Shown piece after piece: positions 27,301-35,211 of a DNA stretch of 64,000 nt. A model generated the notes under the pieces. The model made no database searches and had not been told where the DNA came from. It saw only the letters and a list, made by a program, of their open reading frames with translations. Origin of the DNA: a virus. Its lineage: Duplodnaviria > Caudoviricetes. Numbering within the stretch: the stretch's first letter is position 1; each line of letters starts with the position of its first letter. Position numbers and translations under genes: made by a program. The stretch covers positions 1 through 64,000 of the IMG/VR virus record IMGVR_UViG_3300016371_000007; one strand, 5' to 3'.

Positions 27301-30300
27301 CGGGTAGTCCCGATTACGATAAGGAGAAAGCCGACTTCGCCGCCAGGACCGGCAACCTGACTCAGGAACAGGCAAAGCGAGAACTCGCTGCCGATACCAT
27401 CGGCCAATGGTTTGGCGGCCAGACGGCAGAGAAATGGCTCTCAAAGAACCCAGCTTTGATGCGTGAAGCTTCGATGCTGATTGGTAGTGGCCTGGAGGGC
27501 ATGGGGATCCGCTCCACGACTGCCGATATTAATGGCCCGGTCGGTGCGCCGAAGTACATGCTCTTCGGCAAGACCATCAACAAATACGTCAAGGGCTGGG
27601 TCCGAGGCCTCTACTCTGGAGCAAACCCGATCCTCAAGCTGCCGGGGGGATTAGAGAAAGAGTTTCAGGCCCAGGAGGCAGAAGCCCGCGAAGGTAGACA
27701 GCCGCTGCCGGAACCCACCGAGGAGCAAATCGCGAAACGGGCTTACGGGATTAGCCAGAAACGACCAGCGGGCGGGGCGCAGACTGCTGAAGAGGCTAGA
27801 GAGGATTGGTTACAAGCACAGAAAGAGCTGAGAGCACAGATAGCCGCAGCTCCCCGAGTCAGGGTGCGCCAACCGCCCGGACCACCGGCAGCTCCATCCG
27901 GCCCGCAACCAGGGCCAGGAGTCTTGAAAGGCCTGATTGGAGCCTTTCACCATGCTCACGATTCGAAGGAGGCGCACGACACCCAATGGGAGCTGAAAAA
28001 GAAAGGACTCTCACCAGGAGAAGCCCAGGCAATCAGCGAAGGTAGGACCCCAACTCCAGGCCCAGCAAATCCTAGTCTGATGCCAGGAGGAAACGCGGGC
28101 GTAAAGGCCACACCCGAGGCCGTGGTCAAGCCAGCGATCCCGACCCAGCATCCGGCCCGCGAACGGCGACAGAACGAAGCCAAGGTCGCCAAAGGCAATG
28201 AGCCCCAAGATTATACCAGCAAGGTCACTAACCATAAGCTGATCGGCGTGACCGGCAGCGAGTTTGGTGAGGTCGATAATCCCAAGCGGGGCGGTTATAC
28301 CGAGCCAGGGTGGAACATTGGAGCCTGGGGCGACCGGCTGGACGGGGAGAATAACCACGGGTTTGCGCTGCCGCCATCCATCCTGCGGCATCTTGGTTGG
28401 ACCGGCCAGCACAACTACGGTCAGCTCTTTAACTCCCAGTACACAATCAGGGTTCACAACCCCAGGACTGGAGCCACTACTGAGGGACCACTCAAAGATA
28501 TCGGTCCAGGCGCAAAGACCGGCGCACTGATCGATATGCTCTGGGGGTCCCGGCATGACCTGGGCTATGGCACCAATTTCAAGGGCGGCGTTAATTTTGA
28601 GATCGTCGATAAGAAGGGCAATGTCGTCTACGCGCCGACCGGCCATGAAGTAGAGGAGGGTGGTGGCGGCGGCGGCGGCGGGGGCGGTGGACGAACAGGC
28701 GTGGTGCAGGCCGGTGGCGGGGCAGGCGGCGTAGGCAGCGCTCCGATAGCACCAGGAGCACCCGGCACCCCAGAATTCGAGGCCCAGCAACGACCAACCG
28801 TAATCCCCGGCACTCAGATGCCGGAACCGGAACAACCGGCTGCGAGACCTGCCGCCTATACGGAAGGGCCATCCTGGACTCCAGCGCCAGAACAAAGCGG
28901 CATGATGCCCATGGGGGGGTACATGGGTCCTGGCGCACAGATGACCCCTTATGGGTTCATGCCACCACCGGCAGCGCCAAGTGGTCAGGTTTCCATGATG
29001 CCTGCGCGTGGGCCGAAGCAGCTGGGTGGCAAGTACGGAGAGACTGAGGAAGAGCCCAGCACAGCCAATAATGGGCCGGTGGCTAACGCGGCAGTTGCCC
29101 CGCACCTAGCTAAAGGCACTCTGAAAGGCCTTGAAGACGCACAGATAGCTCACGCCGCAGAGCTATCAGACGATGATCTCCGGGTCCAGAAACAGCCAGA
29201 CGGCTTTTTCAAAGGTGAATACTTCCAGCGGGGAGACGCCTTGCATAGCGCTGTACTCAAGAATGTGCCGGACAAGGAAAAGGAGGTAATGGCAAAAGCT
29301 GAAGAGGCAATTGCTAACCGGCAGCCGCTCAATACCACCTATGCCAGTGCGCCACGCAAAGGCTTGGAAGCAGAAGCGCCTACAACCCGGAGCCGCCAGA
29401 TCGAATACGAGATGTCTAGCCCACAGGCGCGGCTCCTCAAGCAGACTACGGCCCAGCTGGCGGGACATACCATGATCCCCACCGCCGTGGGCGTGAAACT
29501 AGCCGCGAAGAAGGGCGCACCGCATGAAGGCTATGTCCAGGGAATTAGCACCAATGCGGTGGCGAATAACCACTGGCATATCAACCAAGCCCTAACCGAA
29601 GCCGGACATGCCAGCCCTTATCCCACGCTGGACAAGAAGTTTATGAACGATCTGGAGGGCTACATCTCCAACCTGAACGCCGGATACAGAGGCACAGGCA
29701 CTTCTCTTCAGCCCTCCACTAAAGCTTACCAAGTCAAAGTTGATCCCCGTCATGTGGCTTACCGGATTAAGCCGGAAGAAGCCGAATACATGAACATGCT
29801 GATCAACAATCAGGCGGCCAGAGCTAAGAAAGCGGGACCGCTGCGGGAGCTGGCCCGAGCCGGTGGCACGCTTTATACCGAAGAAGGCGAGACTAATCCG
29901 CTCCGGCTGGCATTAGACATGCGCGAAGCCAAGCTCCGGCATGAGGCGGCGGCGGCAAACCCAGAGAACCCAGAGCTAAAGAAACGCCTGGAGAAGCGCT
30001 GGAGCGAGGACACCCTGGAGCCAACCATTCGTACCTTTAAGGCGGGATTGGTTCACGAGACCCATGGCAGCCAAGAGGCAATGCCCGAAGCCATACGGCC
30101 TGGGGAAGAGTTCAAGGACCTAACCACGGCCATGCAGCGGCATCTGCCACGGGGACGGCCTGATGTGCCAGTGAGCGTGAACTTCATGCCAGGACGTGGT
30201 CACGCCCCAGAGTTTAAATCGGTCAGCCCAGAGGAATTCATTACCCAGCGCAATAAGTCGAAGCGACCTCAGTATTTGTCCGAACTAAGCCCACACGAGA

Positions 30301-33194
30301 TTCGCGAGCACCAGCTTTATACGAGCCATGACGGCACTTCTGGAGTAGCCATCGATCCGCATGGCGATATCCAGAATGTGTTTAACAACGGCGGCCCACA
30401 GGGTGCCGGAGCCCATGCCGTTGTCCACGCTATCGCTAATGGAGGACGGACCCTAGATGCCTACGATCCGTACTTGCCCGAGTACTACCGGCAATTCGGA
30501 TTTAACGAGACGGGTCGCATGAAATTCAATCCAACCTATGCAAAACCTGAGTGGGATTTCAAAAAGGATGATGAACCTGATGTTGTATTTATGGGCTGGA
30601 AAGGTTATCCTAATGGAGATCGTGATGCCGCTATAGCCCGAGCGACCCGGCAAGCCGAGAAGCTTCCCAATGAGCCATCAGCCCAATACTACCCAGAGAC
30701 AGACTGGGACCGAGCCAAGGACGAGAGCCGAGCTTACGCCCGAGGAGCTGAAGCTTATCGAATGGGTCGAGAAGGGCCGGAAGAAGAAGCTTACCGATCA
30801 GGAAATCCACCTAGCTTTGGAGCAGGCCCGACATCTAGGCGAGATCTAGCAGAGTCACCGGCACCGGCTTTCATGCCGATGGCCGGACGAGCGGCCAAAG
30901 GATTTAGAGGTGCGCTAAAGGCAGGCAAACTCTTTGAGACACCGATCCAGGCACGCCCAGGAACTTGGAGCGAAGCAGATCCAGACCTTGAATTTATTAG
31001 GCAAACACTTGGCTTCCCTCCTCCAGAGGGTCGCCCTGGGCCTTGGAGCCAGCAACGATTCGAGATCTCCGACCGGGACATGAAGCTGAAGCCTTCCCCG
31101 GCAAAATCTCCTTTCCCCAGCTTGTTAGAGCACCAGTCCCACCTGGGCGCTAAGGATCAACGGCTGGGAGATGTGCTCGACCATCCAGAACTTTTCAAGA
31201 ATTACCCGCAGCTAGCCAACACCAAGATTGAACTAGCTCCCAATATAAAGGGCGAGGGCTATTACTCACATCCCTGGACTGACCCGGATACCGGAGAACA
31301 TAAGGGCGATAGGCTAGTTCTGAAAGATGCTAGCGACCGCAATACGCTAGCCCATGAAATACAACATGCGGTCCAGAATATAGAGGGCCATCCTCCTGGG
31401 GCTAGCTTTGAGGCGATACACCAAAGCCTTCTCGGATCGCTGCCGATAATAAATGAGGTAGGCAAGGAGGCCATGGCTGAGTACCCGGACATGAGCCGGG
31501 AAGCCTTTATCCGCAATACGGGAGGCGGTAGCATTGGGCTTTCAAAGAAGGATCTGGATCAGCAATACACTGATTACCAGGATACCATGAGCATCCACCG
31601 CAGGGATTGGATACTCCGGCGTATGCGGGACATAGCCTTCGCGCTCTACCAGCGAACCCCCGGCGAGATGGAAGCCCGCGCTGCTGGGTATCGTGCTGCC
31701 ACACCGGAATCAAAACGGTCTCCGGCAAGACAACTGGAATGGGAGAAGGAAGCTACCAATCTGCACTATCCTATCCCGCCGGAACTGGAACGTAGCGGTA
31801 CGGTCCCACCTTGGGCGCAAATCTCCTTCATGGCCGCCAGGAAAAAGAAAGGCGAGCCGGAGCCACCGCGTGAACTATCGGAAGCCACTAAGGCCAAGCT
31901 GGGGCCGGTGCCGACAGATCCGCATCAGGCTATGATCTATCAACGGGTCGGTGAACGCCTGGACACCCAGATCCCAGGAGCTATCCCGCTGGAACCTGCC
32001 TACACAGCGGAAGGCAAGTTCCGCTGGGACGCCACAAAGAAAGCGCCGGTTTATAAGACCACCCGCTATGACATCGCCAATGCCCCTATGCTCCAGCAAC
32101 AAGGCAAAGCCATGGGTACGGTCACGGATTCCAAGGGCAAGGTCGGTCCAGCTAAAGCACCGCCAGAAACCAGGGATGAACTGGAAAGCCTGGACCCGGA
32201 AAAGCGCCTGACACCTTTCTTGAACCCGACCGACCGGAAGCGCGTAGTTCACCTCAATAAGATTAGCGCCGTCAACGCCTACGCCGACAAGCTCTACGAC
32301 TTCTACAAGTCAATCGAACATCTGCCTGAGGTCATGGGTGGCAAAGAATGGTACGACGAAGCCAAGGGCCTACTGGATAAGAACTTCGGTTCCCATGCTA
32401 GTCTCATGGCCAATCTCCTGGGGGCAACCAGCGCCGGGAACAAGGTCAAGATCAACTACAACATGGCCATCAATGCCTATCACAACTTCCTCATGGGCAG
32501 GTATGACCGGGCCATTGATCTTTACCGGCAGGCCTACGGCATCAAGCAGAGCGGCAAAGGGAACCTCATCAAGCACATCATCGAGAACAAGATCCATGAG
32601 AAGCTGAAAGACAAAGAGGGCAATCCAGAGGAAGCACCGGACAGCGACGAGGCCGCCATGGATCAGTGGATCAGGCATCACGATATAACCCCGCGCAATG
32701 AGTACGGGAAACTCTTCGGCCACAACTCAATCGCTGTCCTGAAAGTCCTGGCTCATACCTGGGAGAAAGAAGCCGGTGGTCCCAAGACCCCGAACTTCGC
32801 CGCTAATCTCGATGGCCGCTCGATTCAAGCCACGATAGACATGTGGGCCGCCCGGACCATGCGACGGCTGGGCTACGAAGGTTACACCGACAAACCCTGG
32901 CTCATCCAGCCTGCTGGTGAGACCGGAGTCAGCGATGTGGACTTCGGCCTCTCACAGCTCGCCTTCCGCAAGGCCGCCGAACGGATCGGGATCAAGCCCT
33001 CCTCGCTCCAGGCCATCCTCTGGTTTGCCGAACAGAAGCATTGGCAGGCCAACAAATGGGAGCGTGCACAGGACGCTGAAGACCGTGATTACCGGCCTAT
33101 GCTCAAGGCCTACAAACACCCAGAAGGAGTGCCGCACCGCTCCACCAAGAAATGGCTGGGAGAGAAAGAAGAAGCACCGGCAGCACCGGGCTAA
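24399..33194 (+). CDS. giant (2931 aa) polyvalent internal virion protein
   Basis: By motif: HEFGH zincin (27117), DUF2934-like segment (about 27720-27830), RlpA-like DPBB (about 28300-28620), GNAT-like (about 30300-30620), LPD23-like HEIQH (31353), HhH-glycosylase-like C-terminus (about 32330-33100). Confidence 0.7.
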   Translation: MDRPFQTGGPVAKDPPPAPTPDLDQHWMDMARVAGWPENEIQIATQRGLLKSPDFQQEVLRHYNWKQLHEMTPSPGMMEHAPAPPPAPVPTATPTPSDDESSGIVMMSDTGTGKTMISNEDDINRGAIEQTKGYGNPSLKESIHSGKGGWLPEAIRHPERYGYAEGGPVNAPATASGEYAGSDTPQPASTPTTPSPQTIQAAQQTPAQPVAQPTPTQPIASADVGEIVPQNQQNAPVAAPDVGSNEEETVNDIVKEYGTKAHINEGYSHGQLTKPIAVAAMAKIDANYQAADDATKKAMAQAEHDAETGQNSKAPVAGSDIGEKVIPDTVPVISQESGGQRFGQTMAQEFLGQQTPIGDAARAYLQEQHTPDEIQAAMGKFQEAQNLLLRQYRISDPKTQIDLQRQIRSLLTDLVPDYMALRSGQAGWEAEYGGQKILKNIGAVGTDMFGSGKVKPFDPNGDQVSAFERTPEQDANRLDAGKKAYDDYIASTTIVPKNVAEERQLAVLQKHGMAPSPEAIAGAPEWATDAGLALVGSGLVPVLGINELALEGVPELEAAGMTARGTTLQAAVKGAVSRTGGAFSRAGEWAQPVGAKLAGKSFGKLLARTAVGGTLGTGWYIFDPFTTNKLALLDPSNPKHWQALMEYARDAGIPSLIGGVGGLTLNRVGWASRILGDTMRAADEQAFVPSIQGQSIRTGASFMPREGIMGDIFGPERTGPVNIPFMEAAPRGIIRTPAIQLGGRTLRSAIEAATSGVPYSALTSKDTDQFLQNVENFGYLGAIVHAPVNFWNAIKGTFFNPAFVGRGQDPNRPPPWGLSSYGDRYDNVSRMEFDRMDKSRQNAFLYQQGFGDANGIKTHLLPPEVVTEVARNLGQETTPRGFTIHNPISGETHTFISSEHYDPASGHEFGHNILDTMHPTDQARMMFLASRIPDSEMNDFVTRYANEADPSVGPITFSQLPTESEIKPGSPDYDKEKADFAARTGNLTQEQAKRELAADTIGQWFGGQTAEKWLSKNPALMREASMLIGSGLEGMGIRSTTADINGPVGAPKYMLFGKTINKYVKGWVRGLYSGANPILKLPGGLEKEFQAQEAEAREGRQPLPEPTEEQIAKRAYGISQKRPAGGAQTAEEAREDWLQAQKELRAQIAAAPRVRVRQPPGPPAAPSGPQPGPGVLKGLIGAFHHAHDSKEAHDTQWELKKKGLSPGEAQAISEGRTPTPGPANPSLMPGGNAGVKATPEAVVKPAIPTQHPARERRQNEAKVAKGNEPQDYTSKVTNHKLIGVTGSEFGEVDNPKRGGYTEPGWNIGAWGDRLDGENNHGFALPPSILRHLGWTGQHNYGQLFNSQYTIRVHNPRTGATTEGPLKDIGPGAKTGALIDMLWGSRHDLGYGTNFKGGVNFEIVDKKGNVVYAPTGHEVEEGGGGGGGGGGGRTGVVQAGGGAGGVGSAPIAPGAPGTPEFEAQQRPTVIPGTQMPEPEQPAARPAAYTEGPSWTPAPEQSGMMPMGGYMGPGAQMTPYGFMPPPAAPSGQVSMMPARGPKQLGGKYGETEEEPSTANNGPVANAAVAPHLAKGTLKGLEDAQIAHAAELSDDDLRVQKQPDGFFKGEYFQRGDALHSAVLKNVPDKEKEVMAKAEEAIANRQPLNTTYASAPRKGLEAEAPTTRSRQIEYEMSSPQARLLKQTTAQLAGHTMIPTAVGVKLAAKKGAPHEGYVQGISTNAVANNHWHINQALTEAGHASPYPTLDKKFMNDLEGYISNLNAGYRGTGTSLQPSTKAYQVKVDPRHVAYRIKPEEAEYMNMLINNQAARAKKAGPLRELARAGGTLYTEEGETNPLRLALDMREAKLRHEAAAANPENPELKKRLEKRWSEDTLEPTIRTFKAGLVHETHGSQEAMPEAIRPGEEFKDLTTAMQRHLPRGRPDVPVSVNFMPGRGHAPEFKSVSPEEFITQRNKSKRPQYLSELSPHEIREHQLYTSHDGTSGVAIDPHGDIQNVFNNGGPQGAGAHAVVHAIANGGRTLDAYDPYLPEYYRQFGFNETGRMKFNPTYAKPEWDFKKDDEPDVVFMGWKGYPNGDRDAAIARATRQAEKLPNEPSAQYYPETDWDRAKDESRAYARGAEAYRMGREGPEEEAYRSGNPPSFGAGPTSRRDLAESPAPAFMPMAGRAAKGFRGALKAGKLFETPIQARPGTWSEADPDLEFIRQTLGFPPPEGRPGPWSQQRFEISDRDMKLKPSPAKSPFPSLLEHQSHLGAKDQRLGDVLDHPELFKNYPQLANTKIELAPNIKGEGYYSHPWTDPDTGEHKGDRLVLKDASDRNTLAHEIQHAVQNIEGHPPGASFEAIHQSLLGSLPIINEVGKEAMAEYPDMSREAFIRNTGGGSIGLSKKDLDQQYTDYQDTMSIHRRDWILRRMRDIAFALYQRTPGEMEARAAGYRAATPESKRSPARQLEWEKEATNLHYPIPPELERSGTVPPWAQISFMAARKKKGEPEPPRELSEATKAKLGPVPTDPHQAMIYQRVGERLDTQIPGAIPLEPAYTAEGKFRWDATKKAPVYKTTRYDIANAPMLQQQGKAMGTVTDSKGKVGPAKAPPETRDELESLDPEKRLTPFLNPTDRKRVVHLNKISAVNAYADKLYDFYKSIEHLPEVMGGKEWYDEAKGLLDKNFGSHASLMANLLGATSAGNKVKINYNMAINAYHNFLMGRYDRAIDLYRQAYGIKQSGKGNLIKHIIENKIHEKLKDKEGNPEEAPDSDEAAMDQWIRHHDITPRNEYGKLFGHNSIAVLKVLAHTWEKEAGGPKTPNFAANLDGRSIQATIDMWAARTMRRLGYEGYTDKPWLIQPAGETGVSDVDFGLSQLAFRKAAERIGIKPSSLQAILWFAEQKHWQANKWERAQDAEDRDYRPMLKAYKHPEGVPHRSTKKWLGEKEEAPAAPG

Positions 33195-33220
33195 ACGTTG
33201 CGCATCTTCCGTTACGGAAC

Positions 33221-33264
33221 AAAAAAGTGCCGCCGGAGGCTCAACTAAGAAGACCCCCGGCGGC
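33221..33264 (-). terminator. intrinsic terminator of the inverted cassette
   Basis: GCCGCCGG/CCGGCGGC stem (extendable to 11 bp with G-U) followed by T6 on the minus strand, just downstream of ORF 33291-33629. Confidence 0.7.
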
Positions 33265-33290
33265 TTCGTATGCAAGCCAAGCCACTGGCT

Positions 33291-33629
33291 TTACGAAATT
33301 CTTCGAGCTGGCATGAAGCGCACGCTCATCGGATCGATCTGTGGCACCGGCCCACTCATCCGCATATGCTTCTCGGCCACGAATTGACCGTTGGCCACAT
33401 TCATCGTCTCAACCACCTCAAGCTTTACCTGGGGATTGCGCATGGCATAGCCGACCCAATCGTTCACTTGGTTAATCTGCCGTGGAGCTGGCGGCTGATA
33501 AGGTTGTGGCGGCACATAGACATTCACATTGGTTCGTTTCTCGTTATTCGGGTTAATCGCACCCCAGATACCACCAATGATGACGAACAGGATAAACAGC
33601 CCGAAGATCACAATGCTCAAAAAGTGCAT
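33291..33629 (-). CDS. small protein with N-terminal transmembrane segment
   Basis: MHFLSIVIFGLFILFVIIGGIWG hydrophobic helix. Confidence 0.6.
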   Translation of the reverse strand: MHFLSIVIFGLFILFVIIGGIWGAINPNNEKRTNVNVYVPPQPYQPPAPRQINQVNDWVGYAMRNPQVKLEVVETMNVANGQFVAEKHMRMSGPVPQIDPMSVRFMPARRIS

Positions 33630-34111
33630 TATTTCTCCTCCTCTTCCGGGGCTGCTTGTGCCGGGTAGGGTTGAGTGACACCTTGTGGGCCTGAAGGCGC
33701 TGGCGGTGGCGTAGGCGAAGTCTGCTGGCCTTGAGCCTGGGTCGCCATCTGCTGCTGCTGGGCCGCCGTCTGCTGTGCTAAAGTCGCCTGCTGTTTCTGG
33801 AGTGCCGCTTCAGCTTCAGTCGGGCCTAACCCAGGACCTGCCCCGCCAGTCTGGGCCTGCTTCATCTTGCCGTACAACCGTTCGTGAGAGAACTCTTTCT
33901 CGTAGTCGGTGGCATCGTGTTCAGCCTGATGCCGCTTGTCATGTAGCGCCTGAACCCGCTGATCGAACTCGTCCATATGCGGCCCCATCATCTGGCCCAG
34001 CTGCACGAGCATCGCCTTCTGCCGGTCAGTCAGGTTCGCACCGGCAACATCATCTGAGCCAGGAGGAGGTCCAGCATCAGGAGCGGCCTGTGGCTCTTGG
34101 TTATCTTGCAT
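33629..34111 (-). CDS. Q/A/P-rich hypothetical protein
   Basis: 160 aa; 1-nt overlap with the next gene. Confidence 0.6.
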   Translation of the reverse strand: MQDNQEPQAAPDAGPPPGSDDVAGANLTDRQKAMLVQLGQMMGPHMDEFDQRVQALHDKRHQAEHDATDYEKEFSHERLYGKMKQAQTGGAGPGLGPTEAEAALQKQQATLAQQTAAQQQQMATQAQGQQTSPTPPPAPSGPQGVTQPYPAQAAPEEEEK

Positions 34112-34155
34112 ATGTTAATATCGTATGAAATCCGATAAAGTCAAATTCACCTCCT

Positions 34156-34329
34156 TCAGTGCATCTTCTTCAAGGTTTTCGCAAGCCTCGCCCGCTGGCC
34201 GAGTTTGCCGCCAGCTTTGGCCGCTTTGTCCAACTTCTTAGCGGGGATCTTTTTTCCTGCTGGCACCCCCATCTCTTTGTGCAATGCGCCAGGGTGCTTA
34301 ATCGCACCCGCAATCCACTTTTTAGCCAT
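34156..34329 (-). CDS. 57-aa highly basic phage protein (not in the ORF track)
   Basis: Translated by hand: MAKKWIAGAIKHPGALHKEMGVPAGKKIPAKKLDKAAKAGGKLGQRARLAKTLKKMH; TAATG-coupled; matches a recurrent small phage-protein pattern. Confidence 0.75.
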   Translation of the reverse strand: MAKKWIAGAIKHPGALHKEMGVPAGKKIPAKKLDKAAKAGGKLGQRARLAKTLKKMH

Positions 34330-34574
34330 TAGGGTATCATTCCTTGTGCGCCGGTACCGCCCATGCCACCCAGGCCGCCCCCGAAGGTGGGCACCTTACC
34401 CCGGCTCTTTGATTTGGATTTGCTCTTCGATTTGGCCGCTTTACGAGCCGGAGGTTTCGGTGCGGCTCTGCGGGCCGCCGGTGCCGGTGGTGGAGGAGCC
34501 ATTATGGGGATCCCGCCGCCGCCCTGCCGTTTGACAGCCCCACCTTTTTTGTACGCTGCTTTCTTCGTTGCCAT
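34329..34574 (-). CDS. histone-H1-like K/A/S-rich basic protein
   Basis: MATKKAAYKKGGAV...RKAAKSKSKSKSKSRGK. Confidence 0.7.
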   Translation of the reverse strand: MATKKAAYKKGGAVKRQGGGGIPIMAPPPPAPAARRAAPKPPARKAAKSKSKSKSKSRGKVPTFGGGLGGMGGTGAQGMIP

Positions 34575-34787
34575 CTATTTCTTACCTTTGGTTCTAAAGC
34601 CTCCTTTGGGTTTGGAGGCTATTTTATGCAGGTCTTTTGGACCTATGTCTTTGGCGATCTTGGTCGCCTGGGATGAGTACTTGGGCGAAGTGGTTCCTTC
34701 CTGGACACCCCGCGCAATCCCGAAAAGTTTCTGCTGTGACTTGGTTGTTTTGTGTCCCTTGATTGTCCCGATGGGTTTGTTGGGCAT
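34575..34787 (-). CDS. small basic protein, DUF3008-like
   Basis: TKSQQKLFGIARGVQEG...ATKIAKDIGPKDLHKIASKPKGG resembles the DUF3008 pattern; start ATG 34787. Confidence 0.55.
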   Translation of the reverse strand: MPNKPIGTIKGHKTTKSQQKLFGIARGVQEGTTSPKYSSQATKIAKDIGPKDLHKIASKPKGGFRTKGKK

Positions 34788-34791
34788 AGCG

Positions 34792-35115
34792 TTACATGCT
34801 GAAGATGTAAGCGGGCTTCGGAGTGTGACTGAAATCAACCCGGCCTTGCACATCATCGAGGAAGATAGCGTCCTGGCCTACGCCCAGACTTCCGATCCAA
34901 GCCGGACTTAAAAGTATATTCGGCGCTTCAGCCCGATTGGTAAAATTGCCTAGTGGGCTTCCAAGCAATGTGTAGTAATCAAATTGGTTCTTGAGAGCGA
35001 CCACGGTATCAAGAGCGTTAGGAGCCGCCCCACCCGTGCCGACCGGAGTCAGATAACCTGCAACGAGCTTCTGCGTCCGGCCTAGAGTCTGCAAAAGATT
35101 CTCTAGGTTTGCCAT
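34792..35115 (-). CDS. hypothetical protein, first gene of the inverted cassette
   Basis: 107-aa ATG-started ORF, divergent from the fibre genes. Confidence 0.55.
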   Translation of the reverse strand: MANLENLLQTLGRTQKLVAGYLTPVGTGGAAPNALDTVVALKNQFDYYTLLGSPLGNFTNRAEAPNILLSPAWIGSLGVGQDAIFLDDVQGRVDFSHTPKPAYIFSM

Positions 35116-35211
35116 TTTCTATATTGGAACGCTCAAGCTATTCATTAACTCCTTTGCGTTTTTTGGCAAGCCCGCTATGATCACCTCCGAGCGTTTCTCT
35201 TCCAAAAAGGT

